Below, piece after piece: positions 30,664-42,662 of a DNA stretch of 64,000 bases. Position 1 is the first letter of the stretch. The number at the start of each line of letters is the position of its first letter. Under the pieces are notes generated by a model, which worked only from the letters and a program-made list of their open reading frames with translations, was not told where the DNA came from and did no database searches. The position numbers were made by a program, and so were the translations under genes. The DNA is from an uncultured delta proteobacterium. GTDB lineage: Bacteria > Desulfobacterota > RBG-13-43-22. The DNA lies in contig CAWDKY010000024.1 in assembly GCA_963802945.1 (NCBI GenBank), forward strand, positions 1 to 64,000, read 5' to 3'.

Positions 30664-31614
30664 TTGGTTGACTTTATGATCCAGGTAGGCGGTCAGGCTG
30701 TAATTGAAGGGGTGATGATGAAGGCACCTAAATCCTTGGCTGTAGTCGTACGACGGCCCAACGGCGAAATGGTGACTAAAGAAGATATCCTTCACCCCTG
30801 GTCAGACCGTTTTCCTTTTCTCAAGTGGCCGGTATTAAGGGGAACTCTCATCCTGATTGAAACCATGATTCAAGGTATCCAGGCCTTAAATTTTTCAGCC
30901 AACCAAGCTATGGCCGAGGAAGAAGGAACCAAAGAGATCGGATGGTGGGCCTTGCTGGGCACCTTATCGCTGGCCATCCTTTTGGGTCTGGGGCTATTTG
31001 TGGCCTTACCCCATTGGATCAGTGCCTATCTGGGCGGACTGACTTCCTTCCAATTCGGAGTCGATTCTTTTTCTTTTCATCTCCTGGACGGAGGGATCAA
31101 AGTTTTTTTCTTTATCGCTTATATCTGGATCATCTCCCGTTTTAAGGATATCAAGAGGGTCTTTCAATATCACGGAGCGGAGCACAAATCCATTTTCACT
31201 TACGAGGCCGGGCAGGCCTTGACGGTGGAAAATGCCAAACCACACTCCACGTTGCATCCCCGTTGCGGAACATCCTTTATTTTACTGGTCCTGGTCATTA
31301 GTATCCTTTTTTTCTCCGTCCTTTTTCCTTTATTGCCTAAGATGCCGTTGTTGAATTCCTGGTCCCGCAATGCACTCTATGTCGGACTTAAGATCCTTTT
31401 AATGATTCCCATTGCCGGACTGGCCTATGAGGCCATCAAATATACCAGTAAAAAAACCCATATCCCCTGGATACGCGTCCTTATCCTTCCCGGCCTGTGG
31501 ATCCAACGACTGACCACTCAGGAACCCACGGAAGACCAGATCGAGGTAGCCTTGTCTGCTCTGAACCGGGTCCTCAGCATGGAAGGCCGGCTTTCCGAAC
31601 CAAAGGTTGTTTAA
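30664..31614 (+). CDS. DUF1385 membrane protein (YqhQ-like)
   Basis: [28 protein letters not shown]; usual position between rpmE and prfA; start uncertain. Confidence 0.9.
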   Translation: MVDFMIQVGGQAVIEGVMMKAPKSLAVVVRRPNGEMVTKEDILHPWSDRFPFLKWPVLRGTLILIETMIQGIQALNFSANQAMAEEEGTKEIGWWALLGTLSLAILLGLGLFVALPHWISAYLGGLTSFQFGVDSFSFHLLDGGIKVFFFIAYIWIISRFKDIKRVFQYHGAEHKSIFTYEAGQALTVENAKPHSTLHPRCGTSFILLVLVISILFFSVLFPLLPKMPLLNSWSRNALYVGLKILLMIPIAGLAYEAIKYTSKKTHIPWIRVLILPGLWIQRLTTQEPTEDQIEVALSALNRVLSMEGRLSEPKVV

Positions 31615-31622
31615 ACCCGACA

Positions 31623-32696
31623 ATGCTGTTAAAAAAACTGGAAGAAGTAGAGAACCGTTTTCTTAAGCTGGAGGAGTCTCTCAGCGACCCGGAAGTTCAT
31701 AAGAATCTTTCCGCCTATCAAAAGCTGGCCAAAGAGCACTCCGGACTGGCTCCTTTAATTAATAGATACCGTCAATACAAATCCCTTTCCGATCAGGTCT
31801 CACAAAACAAAGAATTGCTGGAAGATCCCGACTCTCAAATCCGAGAAATGGCCAAGGCCGAGATTGAAACTCTGAAAGAGCAAATTTCCCAAATCGAAGA
31901 AGAGATCAGGATACTCCTTTTACCCAGGGATCCCAATGATGATAAAAATACCTTTCTGGAAATTCGGGCTGGTACCGGAGGGGAGGAGGCCGCCTTGTTT
32001 GCCGCCGACCTCTTCCGTATGTACTCCAAACTTGCCGAGGCCATGGGTTGGAAAGTGGAGATCATGAGCGAGCATCCGACCGGCATGGGAGGCTATAAGG
32101 AAATCATAGCCCTGATCGAAGGCAAAGGGGCTTACAGCAAACTCAAATATGAAAGCGGGGTCCATCGGGTCCAACGGGTACCGGCAACCGAAGCCCAAGG
32201 CCGTCTCCATACCTCAGCCGTCACCGTGGCCGTGCTTCCCGAGGCCGAAGAAGTGGATATCGTCATTGACCCGGAAGAAATCCGGGTGGATGTCTTCCGT
32301 TCTTCCGGCCCTGGAGGGCAAAGCGTCAACACCACCGATTCGGCCATACGGATCACTCATCTGCCGACCGGTCTGGTGGTCTCTTGCCAGGACGAAAAAT
32401 CTCAGCATAAAAACAAGGCCAAGGCCTTAAAAGTCTTGCGGGCCCGCCTGTTGGACCTCAAGATCAAAGAACAACAGGATAAAATCTCCGAAGATCGAAA
32501 AAGTCAGGTTGGGAGCGGAGATCGCAGCGAGCGGATCCGAACGTATAATTTCCCCCAGAATCGGCTGACGGATCACCGAATCGGATTGACCCTTTATCAA
32601 TTGGATACAATCATGGAAGGTAATCTTTCTGAAATTATCGATCCGTTGACTACGCACTATCAAGCCGAACAACTCAAGGCCGGGGAAGGATCATAA
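31623..32696 (+). CDS. prfA: Peptide chain release factor 1
   Basis: [14 protein letters not shown] anticodon motif, GPGGQ. Confidence 0.98.
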   Translation: MLLKKLEEVENRFLKLEESLSDPEVHKNLSAYQKLAKEHSGLAPLINRYRQYKSLSDQVSQNKELLEDPDSQIREMAKAEIETLKEQISQIEEEIRILLLPRDPNDDKNTFLEIRAGTGGEEAALFAADLFRMYSKLAEAMGWKVEIMSEHPTGMGGYKEIIALIEGKGAYSKLKYESGVHRVQRVPATEAQGRLHTSAVTVAVLPEAEEVDIVIDPEEIRVDVFRSSGPGGQSVNTTDSAIRITHLPTGLVVSCQDEKSQHKNKAKALKVLRARLLDLKIKEQQDKISEDRKSQVGSGDRSERIRTYNFPQNRLTDHRIGLTLYQLDTIMEGNLSEIIDPLTTHYQAEQLKAGEGS

Positions 32697-32722
32697 GGCA
32701 TAGCAAAGGATTCCAGGGGCTA

Positions 32723-32773
32723 AGGGGCCAAGGATTCAATCCCGCCGCAGGCGGGATTGAATCCTTGGCCCCT
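32723..32773. repeat. Perfect 24-bp hairpin built from octamer repeats and a CCCGCC/GGCGGG core
   Basis: aggggccaaggattcaatcccgcc-gca-ggcgggattgaatccttggcccct. Confidence 0.95.
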
Positions 32774-32792
32774 AATTTTAATGCTAAATATC

Positions 32793-33692
32793 ATGCCACG
32801 CCTTCAATCAAAACCGCATAAATCCTGGACTATACAACAAGCCCTGAATTGGGCGGAAGAATATCTTCAGGCTGAGGGTCTCCCCGATCCCCACTTAAGC
32901 GCTGAATTGCTTCTTGGATCGGTCCTGGAGTTGAATCGTCTGGGATTGATCGTCCACTTCGATCAATCCCTTGATGAACCCGAATGGGCTCTTTTTAAAG
33001 AAAAAATCCTTCGAAGGGCCGAGCAGGAACCAATCGCTTATCTTTTGGGTCAAAAAGAATTCTGGTCTTTGAATTTTGAAGTCAACCCTGATGTGTTGAT
33101 CCCTCGTCCGGAAACCGAGCTTTTGATGGAAGAGTCCATGAAAATCCTTTCAAATCGTACTGGGTTGAAGACCCTGGTTGAACTGGGAACCGGCTCCGGG
33201 GCTATCTCCATCGCTCTGGCCAAATCGACAGACCATCTGGAAACAACACAATTCATAGCCACAGATATCTCCTGGGAGGCGCTGAGAACCGCTCAAAAAA
33301 ATGCCTTCAATCATAAGGTCGAAAAAAAAATACACCTCGTTCAGGGGGACTGGTTGGGACCTTTTTCTTTCCGCAAGAGATGGATCGACCTGCTGGTTTC
33401 TAATCCTCCTTATGTTTCAGACATGGAAATGGATAATCTTCCGCTGACCATCAAGAGATATGAACCTTTAAAGGCCCTTGTGGGAGGGCAGGACGGGTTG
33501 GAGGCCATTCGGCATATCTTTCAACAAGCCAGTAAACAGCTCAAGGTCGGAGGCTGGTTGCTTTTGGAAATCGGGGAAACGCAAAACGATCAGGTCTTGA
33601 AACTGGCGCGAGGCCATCATTTTAATCCAATAACCATCAGCCGAGATTATGCCGGCAAAGATCGGGTTCTGAAGGCCTGCTATCATGGATAA
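32793..33692 (+). CDS. prmC: Release factor glutamine methyltransferase
   Basis: [21 protein letters not shown]; follows prfA. Confidence 0.96.
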   Translation: MPRLQSKPHKSWTIQQALNWAEEYLQAEGLPDPHLSAELLLGSVLELNRLGLIVHFDQSLDEPEWALFKEKILRRAEQEPIAYLLGQKEFWSLNFEVNPDVLIPRPETELLMEESMKILSNRTGLKTLVELGTGSGAISIALAKSTDHLETTQFIATDISWEALRTAQKNAFNHKVEKKIHLVQGDWLGPFSFRKRWIDLLVSNPPYVSDMEMDNLPLTIKRYEPLKALVGGQDGLEAIRHIFQQASKQLKVGGWLLLEIGETQNDQVLKLARGHHFNPITISRDYAGKDRVLKACYHG

Positions 33693-34948
33693 AATTCGCA
33701 TCCAGGGAGGAATCCCTTTAAAAGGGAAAGTGGCCCTGTCCGGGGCCAAAAATGCCGCTTTGCCGATTATGTCAGCCGCTCTCTTAACCGATGGCTGGTT
33801 CACCCTTTCCAACCTGCCGGCCTTGAGGGACATCCAGACCGAAAAAAAACTCTTATCTTTTTTAGGGGCCTCCTTTGAAGAAAGACCCGAGGCGGTTCTT
33901 CGCATCAACAGTTCCAAGATCGATCGATTTGAGGCCCCTTATGATTTAGTTAAGACCATGAGGGCCTCAATTCTGGTCCTGGGTCCTTTAGTGACCCGCT
34001 TTGGCCGGGCCCGGGTATCGTTGCCAGGAGGTTGTGCTATCGGGGCCAGACCTATTAACCTGCATTTGTCCGGTCTGGAATTGATGGGGGCACGGATCGA
34101 TTTGAAACACGGTTATGTGGAAGCCAAGGCCCGCCATTTACAGGGGAGCTGAAATTATTTTTGATATCCCTACAGTAACAGGAACAGAAAACCTGATGAT
34201 GGCTGCCTGCCTGGCCAAAGGTAAAACCATCATCGGCAATGCAGCCAAAGAACCCGAAGTTGTGGACCTGGCCAATTTCTTAACGGCTATGGGGGCCAAA
34301 ATTGAAGGGGCCGGAACAGATATCATTACCATTCAAGGGGTTTCCCTTCTTAACCCGGCTGACTATAAAATCATGCCTGATCGTATTGAGGCCGCAACCT
34401 ACATGGTAGCCGCCGGTATCACCGAGGGAGAGATCACCCTGGACGGGTATGATGGATCTTGTGTGGAAACGGTGGTGGTGAAATTACGAGAGGCCGGCCT
34501 GGAATTTTCCCAGAAAAAGACAGGCCTGACCGTTCATGGCCCTCGGAAAATAAAAAGCGTTTCCGTCACTACCCAGCCCTATCCCGGTTTTCCCACGGAT
34601 ATGCAGGCCCAATTTATGGCTCTGATGTCCCTGGGGCAGGAAACCAGTATCATCAAAGAAACGATCTTCGAAAACCGATTTATGCATGTCAGCGAATTAC
34701 AGCGCATGGGGGCCGATATTCAGGTTTCAGGCAATCAAGCCGTGGTCAAAGGGGTCTCCAGGCTCCTGGGGGCGCCGGTCATGGCCACCGACCTGCGAGC
34801 CAGCGCCTCGCTAGTCCTGGCCGGACTGGCTGCCGAAGGAACCACTGAGATCTCCCGGGTCTATCATCTGGATCGAGGGTATGAAGGTCTGGAAAAAAAG
34901 CTTCTTCCCTTGGGGGCGCGGATTGAGAGGATTAAAGAATCAAAATAA
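33685..34948 (+). CDS. murA: UDP-GlcNAc 1-carboxyvinyltransferase, +1 frameshift near 34145
   Basis: [42 protein letters not shown] split over two frames. Confidence 0.96.
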
Positions 34949-34973
34949 AACTGAAATAAACAAGTTGATCTTT

Positions 34974-37500
34974 ATGATTTCAAATCCGAAATCTAAAACC
35001 AGCAATCCTAAAGACATTCAAAATTCGGATACAAAAATTCAAAACGCTTTTATTCTTCGCCCTGGTGTCCCCCTTGTCCTGGCCCTGATAACCGGCTTGG
35101 TTTTAGGTGCCCAGGTCTTTGAATCTTCTTTGTCGGTCCCTCCCTGGGTACTGTTTTTTCTTCTCCTTGCCGCACCTATTGTTATTTTATTATTCCCTTC
35201 CGCTGCTATTTGGACCGGGGGTGTTTTTTTTATAGTGACGGGCTTTACTCTTATGACCCTTCTTTCTCCTGGAGCCAACACCCTTCAGGTGCCATCCTTT
35301 CTTTTAAACAATCAATTTCAACACCTCTCCGGGGTGGTTATTCAGGAACCGGATTACTATCCTGATAAAACCAGATTGATTGTTCAATTGTCCTCTTATT
35401 CGAGCCAGGGCGTAGACCGGCCGATCCAGGGAACGATTCTTCTGGGGGTTAACGGCTTTCTTAAGGGGTTCGCACAAGGTGACCCGGTTCGCTTTGTATG
35501 CCGGTTGCATTTGATTGAAGGCTATCACAATCCAGGAGGATATGATTTTGAAAAAAAAATGGCCAGAAAAGGGATTCGGGTTTCCGGATTTATAGACAAT
35601 CCTGAGCTTCTAATCTTGAGCGGACCCAATCAAAGGTCCTGGTTCTGGCACCACCTATCCATTCTTAGAAAACAAGTTTACGATTTGATTGATTCAAGGA
35701 GTCCGCCCCCTTTAAATGGGTTGGCTCAGGCTTTACTCACCGGAGATCAAAGCAAGATTCCCCGAGAAATCCAACAGGCCTTCAGCCAGGCCGGAGTATC
35801 TCATCTTCTGGCCTTTTCCGGCCTAAATCTAACCCTGGTAGGTGGTCTGTCTTATTATTTGTTACGATTTTTACTCAGCCTGTCTGAGACCATCCTCTTA
35901 TTTATTAATATCCGGAAATGGGCCCTGATCGGCACCTTTTTCCCTGTCTTGGGATACTCCTTATTGGCCGGGATGAGTCCATCGGCAGCCCGAGCCTTTT
36001 TTATGGTTGGTATGGGCATTACCGCCCTTCTGCTGAATAAATATTCTGATCTGCTCAATAGTCTGGCCCTGGCGGCCCTTATCATCCTGCTACTCTCCCC
36101 TGATTCCCTGTTCCTGCCTTCCTTTCAATTATCCTTTCTCGCGGTCTGGGCTATTGGCTACTTACTACCAAGGATCTTGAACCCCGATTCAGATTGGAGC
36201 CGTGGGAAAAAATCCTTTATCCGACGCGGGGCTTTTTACCTTTGGGGCACTTTTTGTGTTTCCTTGGTTTGTCAATTAGTCACCTCTCCGGTCGTAGCCT
36301 GGTGGTTTCACCAGGTCTCCCTGATCGGTTTAATCAGTAACCTTATTCTGGTCCCTTTAAGCGGAACCCTGGCCACACCCATTGGTCTCCTGGCCCTGAT
36401 CTTCGCCCCCATTTTTTCCCCTCTCTCTTCGCTCCTTTTCTGGATTATGAATCTGATGTTGCAATGGACCTTGGGGTTGACCCGTTTTTTTTCCGACCTG
36501 CCGCTGGCCTTTTTAGTGGTTCCCCGGCCGGGATATGGGGAGATCGGTTTTTTTTATCTGACTCTGGCATTAATATTCAACTGGCGTAAAATACCCAAAC
36601 CGGCCTGGTTAATTTCCCTTTCCTGTCTAGGGATGATCTTATTTTTCTTTTCCCCCCAGATCCGGGATTTCTTTTCCCCGCCCTTTAGGGCCACCTTTTT
36701 AGATGTCGGTCATGGGAATTCTACCCTGATTGAGTTTCCACGGGGAGAAAAAATGCTCATAGATGGCGGAGGATCCTTCAATCCCGAATTTGATCTGGGA
36801 GAGCGGGTGGTTGCCCCCTTTCTATGGGATAAAAAAATCACCGGTCTGGATTGTGGTGGTCCTGACCCATCCCCATCCGGACCATTTGAACGGATTGCCT
36901 TTTATTCTTTCCAAATTTAAGGTAAAAGAGATTTGGAGCAATGGTCAACGGGTGGATGCCGAACCCTTCCAGCGTTTTGAAGAATTGATTCAACAGAAAA
37001 AGATCCCCGTTGTTTTCCCCCGGCCGGGCTGGTCCCGATTGATTTCCGACGTGCAGGTTGAGGTCTTGCACGCTCCGATAAAAGCAGCATTCAAAGAAAG
37101 CAGTGTTTCTAAACTTTATCACCTCCAGAATAATGATTCTCTGGTCCTGCAATTAACTTACAAGAATCAGCATATCCTTTTGCCGGCCGATATTGAAGCT
37201 GAGACCGAGAGGGTCCTCCTGGATAAAAAGGTTATCGTAAAAAGTCAGATCCTGCAGGTTCCCCATCATGGGAGTTTGACTTCCAGTACGTTTCCTTTTA
37301 TTGAAGCGGTTCAACCCCGATATGCAGTTTTTTCCGGACGGCCTTCTCCCAGGATTCTTCTCCCTCATCCGGAGATCATCCGGCGATATCAGGAGCGGGG
37401 TGTGACTTTGTTTCGAACCGACCAGGAGGGGGCGGTCACTTTTGATTTAAAAAAAGAGGGGTGGAAAGTGAAGAGTTTTGTCAGAGGGGTTATAAAATAA
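34974..37500 (+). CDS. comEC: DNA uptake channel ComEC/Rec2, +1 frameshift near 36852
   Basis: NPGGYD, GVSHLLAFSGL, SFQLSF, LDVGHG, THPHPDH, NNDS, PHHGS; start uncertain. Confidence 0.92.
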
Positions 37501-37755
37501 GGGCAGTTCCCGGTTAGGTCTGCCTGCTGAAGGCCAAATTTTTGGAGTTTATACCTCAGGACCCTCTCACTGATTCCTAATTTTTCAGCGGCTCGGGTTT
37601 GAATTCCACCGTTATCTTGCAAAGCCTGTTGGATCAAATGCCTTTCCAGTTCCTCCGAATAGCCTTTTTTCTGCAGAAAGCCCTGGAGCAGCTCCCGTTG
37701 ATTTTTCTCATAGTCGATCACTAAGATTTCGAATGTTATGGGGCTCTTTCATCAT
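37389..37755 (-). pseudogene. Internally deleted NtrC-family response regulator (REC start fused to Fis-type HTH)
   Basis: MMKEPHNIR/ILVIDYEKNQRELLQGFLQKKGYS is joined directly to EELERHLIQQALQDNGGIQTRAAEKLGISERVLRYKLQKFGL. Confidence 0.75.
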
Positions 37756-38272
37756 TGTTTTCCAAGGCCGAACTCGTTTTCGTTAATTTAGGCCAGCCGG
37801 TTTGGATTGTCAAAAATAAAATAAATTTCTTGACAAATTAGTCGGTTATGTTATCCAAAGTCTTACAAACTATTTTCGATGAACCTTCCTCTCTATAACC
37901 ATGAGGAGGCCAATGGTCAGGGTCCATATCTCAACAGTAAAACGACTGAAATTTATTTCCATATCAGTATCAAAAGCATTGGTCCATTGGATTTTTTGCA
38001 AATGGGTAAAGGGGCAAAAAATGACCTGACTTTTCATTATGAAGAATTCTCCCATAAGTGAAATAACGGCTGCCCCCAGATAAGAGAATTGATATGAGCG
38101 CATACATATTCTTATTTTTGGCTAAGAATTAGAAAAATGCCGGAGGCCAGATACCAGTTATCAGAAAATAGAGGCAGGATAGTGGTTGTGATTTTGGAAT
38201 TAGGTATTAGAAAACCTATATCCATTTTTTTTTAATTCATGATCCGCAACCCGGAATAAAGGTCATAAAAAA

Positions 38273-39604
38273 ATGGAAACGATTCTTATTGTCGATGATG
38301 AAAAAAATTATCTTTTGGTGCTGAAAGCATTGCTGGAAGGAGAAGGGCACGAAGTGATGATTGCCCAATCCGCCGAAGAAGCACTGAAGATTTTTCAAGA
38401 AACGGAATTGGATCTGGTGATCACGGACATGAAAATGCCCGGGATGAACGGTATGGAGTTATTAGGTGTTTTGAAAGAAAAGGACCTTCATCTGCCGGTA
38501 ATCATGATGACCGCCTTCGGAACAGTGGAAAAAGCCGTAGAGGCTATGAAGCTCGGGGCTTACGATTATATCATCAAACCCTTTGACAATGAAATCTTGA
38601 TAAAGACCGTAGCCAAGGGTCTGGCTATGGGGCGAGTGATTAAAGAAAACCGACAACTCTCCAAGGAATTAAAAGAAAAATTTGGGCCAACCGATTTGGT
38701 TGGCAACAGTTTTCCTGTAAGACAAGTCAGGGAGTTGATTGCCAAGGTGGCCGAAACCAGGGCCACGGTATTAATTAGTGGTGAATCGGGAACGGGCAAG
38801 GAATTAGTGGCCCGGGCCATCCATTTCAACAGTCCCAGGAAAGATAAACCGTTGGTCTCGGTCAATTGTTCGGCCTTGACCGAAACCCTGTTGGAGAGTG
38901 AACTTTTCGGTCATGAGAAAGGGTCCTTCACCGGGGCCGTCGCCCAAAGAAAGGGACGGTTTGAAATGGCAGATGGAGGGACCCTTTTCCTGGATGAGGT
39001 AGCGGAGATGTCCCCATCCGTGCAGGTAACCCTGTTACGGGTCCTACAGAACCGGGAATTTGAAAGGGTGGGCGGGAATAAGACCATTAAAGTGGATGTG
39101 CGGGTTATTGCCGCCACCAATAAGGACCTGATGGCGGAGATCGGCAAAGGGCATTTTCGCGAGGATCTATACTATCGTCTTAATGTGGTTCATATCGAAG
39201 TCCCTCCTTTGAGGGACAGGAAAGAAGACCTTCCTTTATTAATACGATATTTTTTAGAACGATTTGTCAAAGAGATGAAAAAGAAGGAAGTCCCCAGCCT
39301 TGCTCCTGAAGTGATGGGCGCCCTGCTGGCCTATGATTGGCCGGGGAATGTCAGGGAATTGGAAAATATGTTGGAGAGAGCGATTATTTTGAGCTCAAAA
39401 CCGATTATCTATCTAGAGGATCTGCCGTTTACCAGCATTATTCCCTCCGGCGCAAAGCTTAATGATGTCCTGGAATTGATAGAGAAAAAGATGATCACTC
39501 AAGCCTTGATTATTGCCGGGAATGTTCAGGCCCATGCAGCGGAATTGCTGGGCATAGAAAAAAACTTGCTTAAATATAAAATGAAAAAGTATGCTTTGGT
39601 TTAG
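38273..39604 (+). CDS. Sigma54-dependent response regulator (NtrC family)
   Basis: REC (VDDE, DMKMP), [23 protein letters not shown]-terminal HTH. Confidence 0.95.
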   Translation: METILIVDDEKNYLLVLKALLEGEGHEVMIAQSAEEALKIFQETELDLVITDMKMPGMNGMELLGVLKEKDLHLPVIMMTAFGTVEKAVEAMKLGAYDYIIKPFDNEILIKTVAKGLAMGRVIKENRQLSKELKEKFGPTDLVGNSFPVRQVRELIAKVAETRATVLISGESGTGKELVARAIHFNSPRKDKPLVSVNCSALTETLLESELFGHEKGSFTGAVAQRKGRFEMADGGTLFLDEVAEMSPSVQVTLLRVLQNREFERVGGNKTIKVDVRVIAATNKDLMAEIGKGHFREDLYYRLNVVHIEVPPLRDRKEDLPLLIRYFLERFVKEMKKKEVPSLAPEVMGALLAYDWPGNVRELENMLERAIILSSKPIIYLEDLPFTSIIPSGAKLNDVLELIEKKMITQALIIAGNVQAHAAELLGIEKNLLKYKMKKYALV

Positions 39605-39612
39605 TGCCAAAA

Positions 39613-39745
39613 AAGGGTTCAAGGATTCGAGGATTCAAGGGCCTGCGACGAGCCGGTCGACAAGCTCTGGGCCAAGAGTTCATCGAAAAGGCTCAGCCGA
39701 GACGTTCATGTGTATTAACTTCCAAGCCTTCCCATTGAATCCTAA
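39613..39745. repeat. Octamer fold-back repeat with an internal REP-like passenger
   Basis: agggttca aggattcg aggattca aggg ... gagccggtcgacaagctc ... ccattgaatcct. Confidence 0.75.
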
Positions 39746-39759
39746 CCTTTTTATTCCAG

Positions 39760-40473
39760 ATGAAAGAGGCAATGGGATTGATGGAAATGACCGAACTGTT
39801 AAAACGGAATCCCCTCTTCGGCGGCCTGGATGATTCCGGGCTTCAAAAGGTCAAAGGGATTGCCACCCTTTATTCTTTTAAAAAAGGTAATATCCTCTTC
39901 TCCCAAGGCGATGGGGCCCAGGGTTTTTACCTGGTTACTGTGGGCAAGATAAAAATATTTCGTCTGTCGCCTAATGGTCAGGAATATGTCATGCGGATCG
40001 TCGGACCGGGAGAAACAATCGCCGAGGCAGCGGTCTTTTCCGGAAAAACCTATCCGGCCTCGGCTGAAGCCCTGGAAGACAGCCGGCTTTATTACCTGAA
40101 AAAAACAGATTTCGTAGCCCTTATCCGGGAGAACCCCCAGTTGGCCTTGAATATGATGACCGGTCTATCCCTTTTGTTAAGGAAACTGGCCCAACAGGTG
40201 GAAGACCTGTCATTGAAGGAAGTCTCGGCCCGTCTGGCCCGTTTTCTGATTGAGGAGGCCGAAAAAATTTCCTCAGTACCGGCCGACGGCCTAAAAATAC
40301 CTTTGGACATAAAAAAGAACCTTCTGGCCAGCCGTCTGGGGACCATAGGGGAAACCCTGTCCCGGACTCTGGCCAAAATGAAACAGAAAGAAATAATCCA
40401 GATCAATAAGGACATCATAACTGTCCGGAGTTTTCAAGCCTTGAAAGAAATTGCCGAAGGATTAAAACTATAA
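39760..40473 (+). CDS. Crp/Fnr family regulator (Dnr/HcpR-like, no Fnr cysteines)
   Basis: cNMP domain, YPASAEALE, RLARFL, LASRLGTIGETLSR; start may be 39781. Confidence 0.92.
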   Translation: MKEAMGLMEMTELLKRNPLFGGLDDSGLQKVKGIATLYSFKKGNILFSQGDGAQGFYLVTVGKIKIFRLSPNGQEYVMRIVGPGETIAEAAVFSGKTYPASAEALEDSRLYYLKKTDFVALIRENPQLALNMMTGLSLLLRKLAQQVEDLSLKEVSARLARFLIEEAEKISSVPADGLKIPLDIKKNLLASRLGTIGETLSRTLAKMKQKEIIQINKDIITVRSFQALKEIAEGLKL

Positions 40474-40482
40474 GGAGGTCCC

Positions 40483-41457
40483 ATGCTTTTTCCAGACTAT
40501 CGGCCCAGGAGACTGAGGCGAAATGAATCCTTCCGCAGGATGATCCGGGAGACGTCACTTTCGGTTGACCACCTGATCTACCCTATGTTCGTCGTCTTCG
40601 GCAAAGGGGTCCGTCGGCCCATTGCTTCCATGCCCGGGATTTTTCAATTTTCCATAGATGAACTTATCAAAGAGGCCCGGGAGGTCCTTTCCCTGCATAT
40701 ACCGGCGATTATGCTTTTTGGGATCCCGGATAAAAAGGATGAAAAGGCTTCCGGGGCTTATGATCCCAACGGGATCATCCAACGGGCTATGAAAGCCTTA
40801 AAAGAAAAGGTGCCCGAACTGATGGTCATCGGCGATGTCTGCCTCTGTGAATACATGAGCCACGGCCATTGTGGGATAATACAAGGGAACGAAGTGGATA
40901 ACGATGCCACCCTGGAACTGCTGGCCCGCACCGCCCTGGCCCAGGCCAAGGCCGGGGCAGATATGGTTGCCCCGAGTGATATGATGGATGGAAGGGTGGC
41001 CGAAATTCGGCAGGCCCTGGATGAAAACGGTTTTGAGCAGATTCCCATTATGGCCTATTCGGCCAAGTATGCCTCGGGCTTTTATGGACCTTTCCGGGAA
41101 GCCGCCGAATCGGCTCCGAAATTCGGAGACCGGAAAGGCTATCAGATGGACCCGGCCAATTTCCGGGAAGCCATTCGGGAAGTGACCCTGGATGTTGAAG
41201 AAGGTGCGGATATCATCATGGTCAAGCCGGCCCTGCCCTATCTGGATGTCATCTGCCGGGTTCGGGAAGAATTTGATCTTCCTGTGGCTGCCTATCATGT
41301 CAGCGGTGAATATGCCATGATCAAGGCGGCAGCCAAACAGGGCTGGTTGGATGAAAAAAAAGTGATGATGGAATCCCTGCTCTCCATCCGGCGGGCCGGA
41401 GCTGATTTGATCCTGACTTACTTTGCCAAACAAGCAGCAGTACTTTTGAAAGCATGA
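40483..41457 (+). CDS. hemB: Porphobilinogen synthase
   Basis: [43 protein letters not shown]. Confidence 0.98.
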   Translation: MLFPDYRPRRLRRNESFRRMIRETSLSVDHLIYPMFVVFGKGVRRPIASMPGIFQFSIDELIKEAREVLSLHIPAIMLFGIPDKKDEKASGAYDPNGIIQRAMKALKEKVPELMVIGDVCLCEYMSHGHCGIIQGNEVDNDATLELLARTALAQAKAGADMVAPSDMMDGRVAEIRQALDENGFEQIPIMAYSAKYASGFYGPFREAAESAPKFGDRKGYQMDPANFREAIREVTLDVEEGADIIMVKPALPYLDVICRVREEFDLPVAAYHVSGEYAMIKAAAKQGWLDEKKVMMESLLSIRRAGADLILTYFAKQAAVLLKA

Positions 41458-41523
41458 TGATGCAAGATGAAGGGCACATGAATCGTGTATTGTCTATCCA
41501 GCCTGAAAGGCCATAATCAATAA

Positions 41524-42634
41524 ATGCCTCCTCACTCGGAAAATGAATTTGAATTTCCCTCAAAATTCCCGGAACTCCGTCTGGTGGCCTGGGAGGTGAC
41601 CCGGCGATGTAACCTGTCCTGCCTTCACTGCCGGGCCTCGGCTGAATCAGGACCTTACCTGGATGAATTAAGCACAGAAGAAGGTTTCCATTTCATGGAG
41701 CAAATCCGTGAGGTCGGGAGGCCTGTGGTTATTTTAACCGGGGGGGAACCTTTGCTTCGTCCTGACATATTTGATTTGGCCCGATATGGGTATTCTTTGG
41801 GCCTCCGGATGGTCATGGCCGTCAACGGGACGCTGCTGGATATTGAAAACGCCTTTAAGCTGAAGGCATCGGGTATTCAAAGGATCAGCATCAGCATGGA
41901 TGGCGCTACGGCCGAAAGTCATGATTTATTTCGCCAGGTCAAAGGGGCTTTTAATGGGGTCATTAAAGGAATCGAAGCGGCCCGGGCCGCTGAGTCTGGA
42001 GTTTCAGATCAATACTACCATAACCAGGCATAATCTGCATGAGCTGGCCAGGATTCAGGAAAAGGTTATTGAGTTTGGAGCCGCAGCCCATCATATTTTC
42101 ATGCTCGTTCCCACCGGAAGGGGCCGAGCCCTAACCGATCAAACCATATCTGCCGAGGAGTATGAAGAGACTTTAACCTGGCTGGTCAAACAAAAAGACG
42201 AAATCCCCTTGTCCATCAAAGCCACTTGCGCCCCCCATTATTATCGAATTTTAAGAGAAACAGCTCATAAGGAAGGAAAGGAAATAACTTTTAAAACACA
42301 TGGATTAGACGCTGTTACCCGTGGTTGTCTGGGAGGGGTCGGTTTTTGTTTTGTCTCCCATGTTGGGCAGGTGCAGCCCTGTGGATATCTGGAAGTGGGA
42401 TCAGGAAATATTCGAAAACAAACCTTTCCCGAAATCTGGGAATCTTCCCCGGTCTTTCTGGCCTTAAGAGACCAATCCCAATATCTGGGCAAGTGCGGTC
42501 AATGTGAATACTTCAGGGTTTGTGGAGGCTGCCGTGCCAGGGCCTTTGAGGCAACTGGGAATTTTCTAAAGGAAGAACCTCTCTGCACTTATCGGCCTAA
42601 AAGGCAGGTTAAAGGCGTAAGGCGAGAGGCGTGA
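41524..42634 (+). CDS. ahbD: Radical SAM/SPASM heme b synthase, +1 frameshift near 41992
   Basis: LVAWEVTRRCNLSCLHCRA, FMLVPTGRG, KATCAPHYYR, SPASM cysteines; between hemB and ahbA. Confidence 0.85.
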
Positions 42635-42662
42635 GATCTTAGTTTCAAATGGTTCACATCCA

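Noticed and set aside
33685-34948. Programmed frameshifting or true pseudogenes in murA, groEL, mutS2 and others
   Set aside because: No common slippery site, essential genes are affected, and the uniform +1 bias fits sequencing error.
37870-38103. Short overlapping ORFs upstream of the sigma54 regulator (possible kinase remnant)
   Set aside because: No H-box or HATPase motifs were recognisable.
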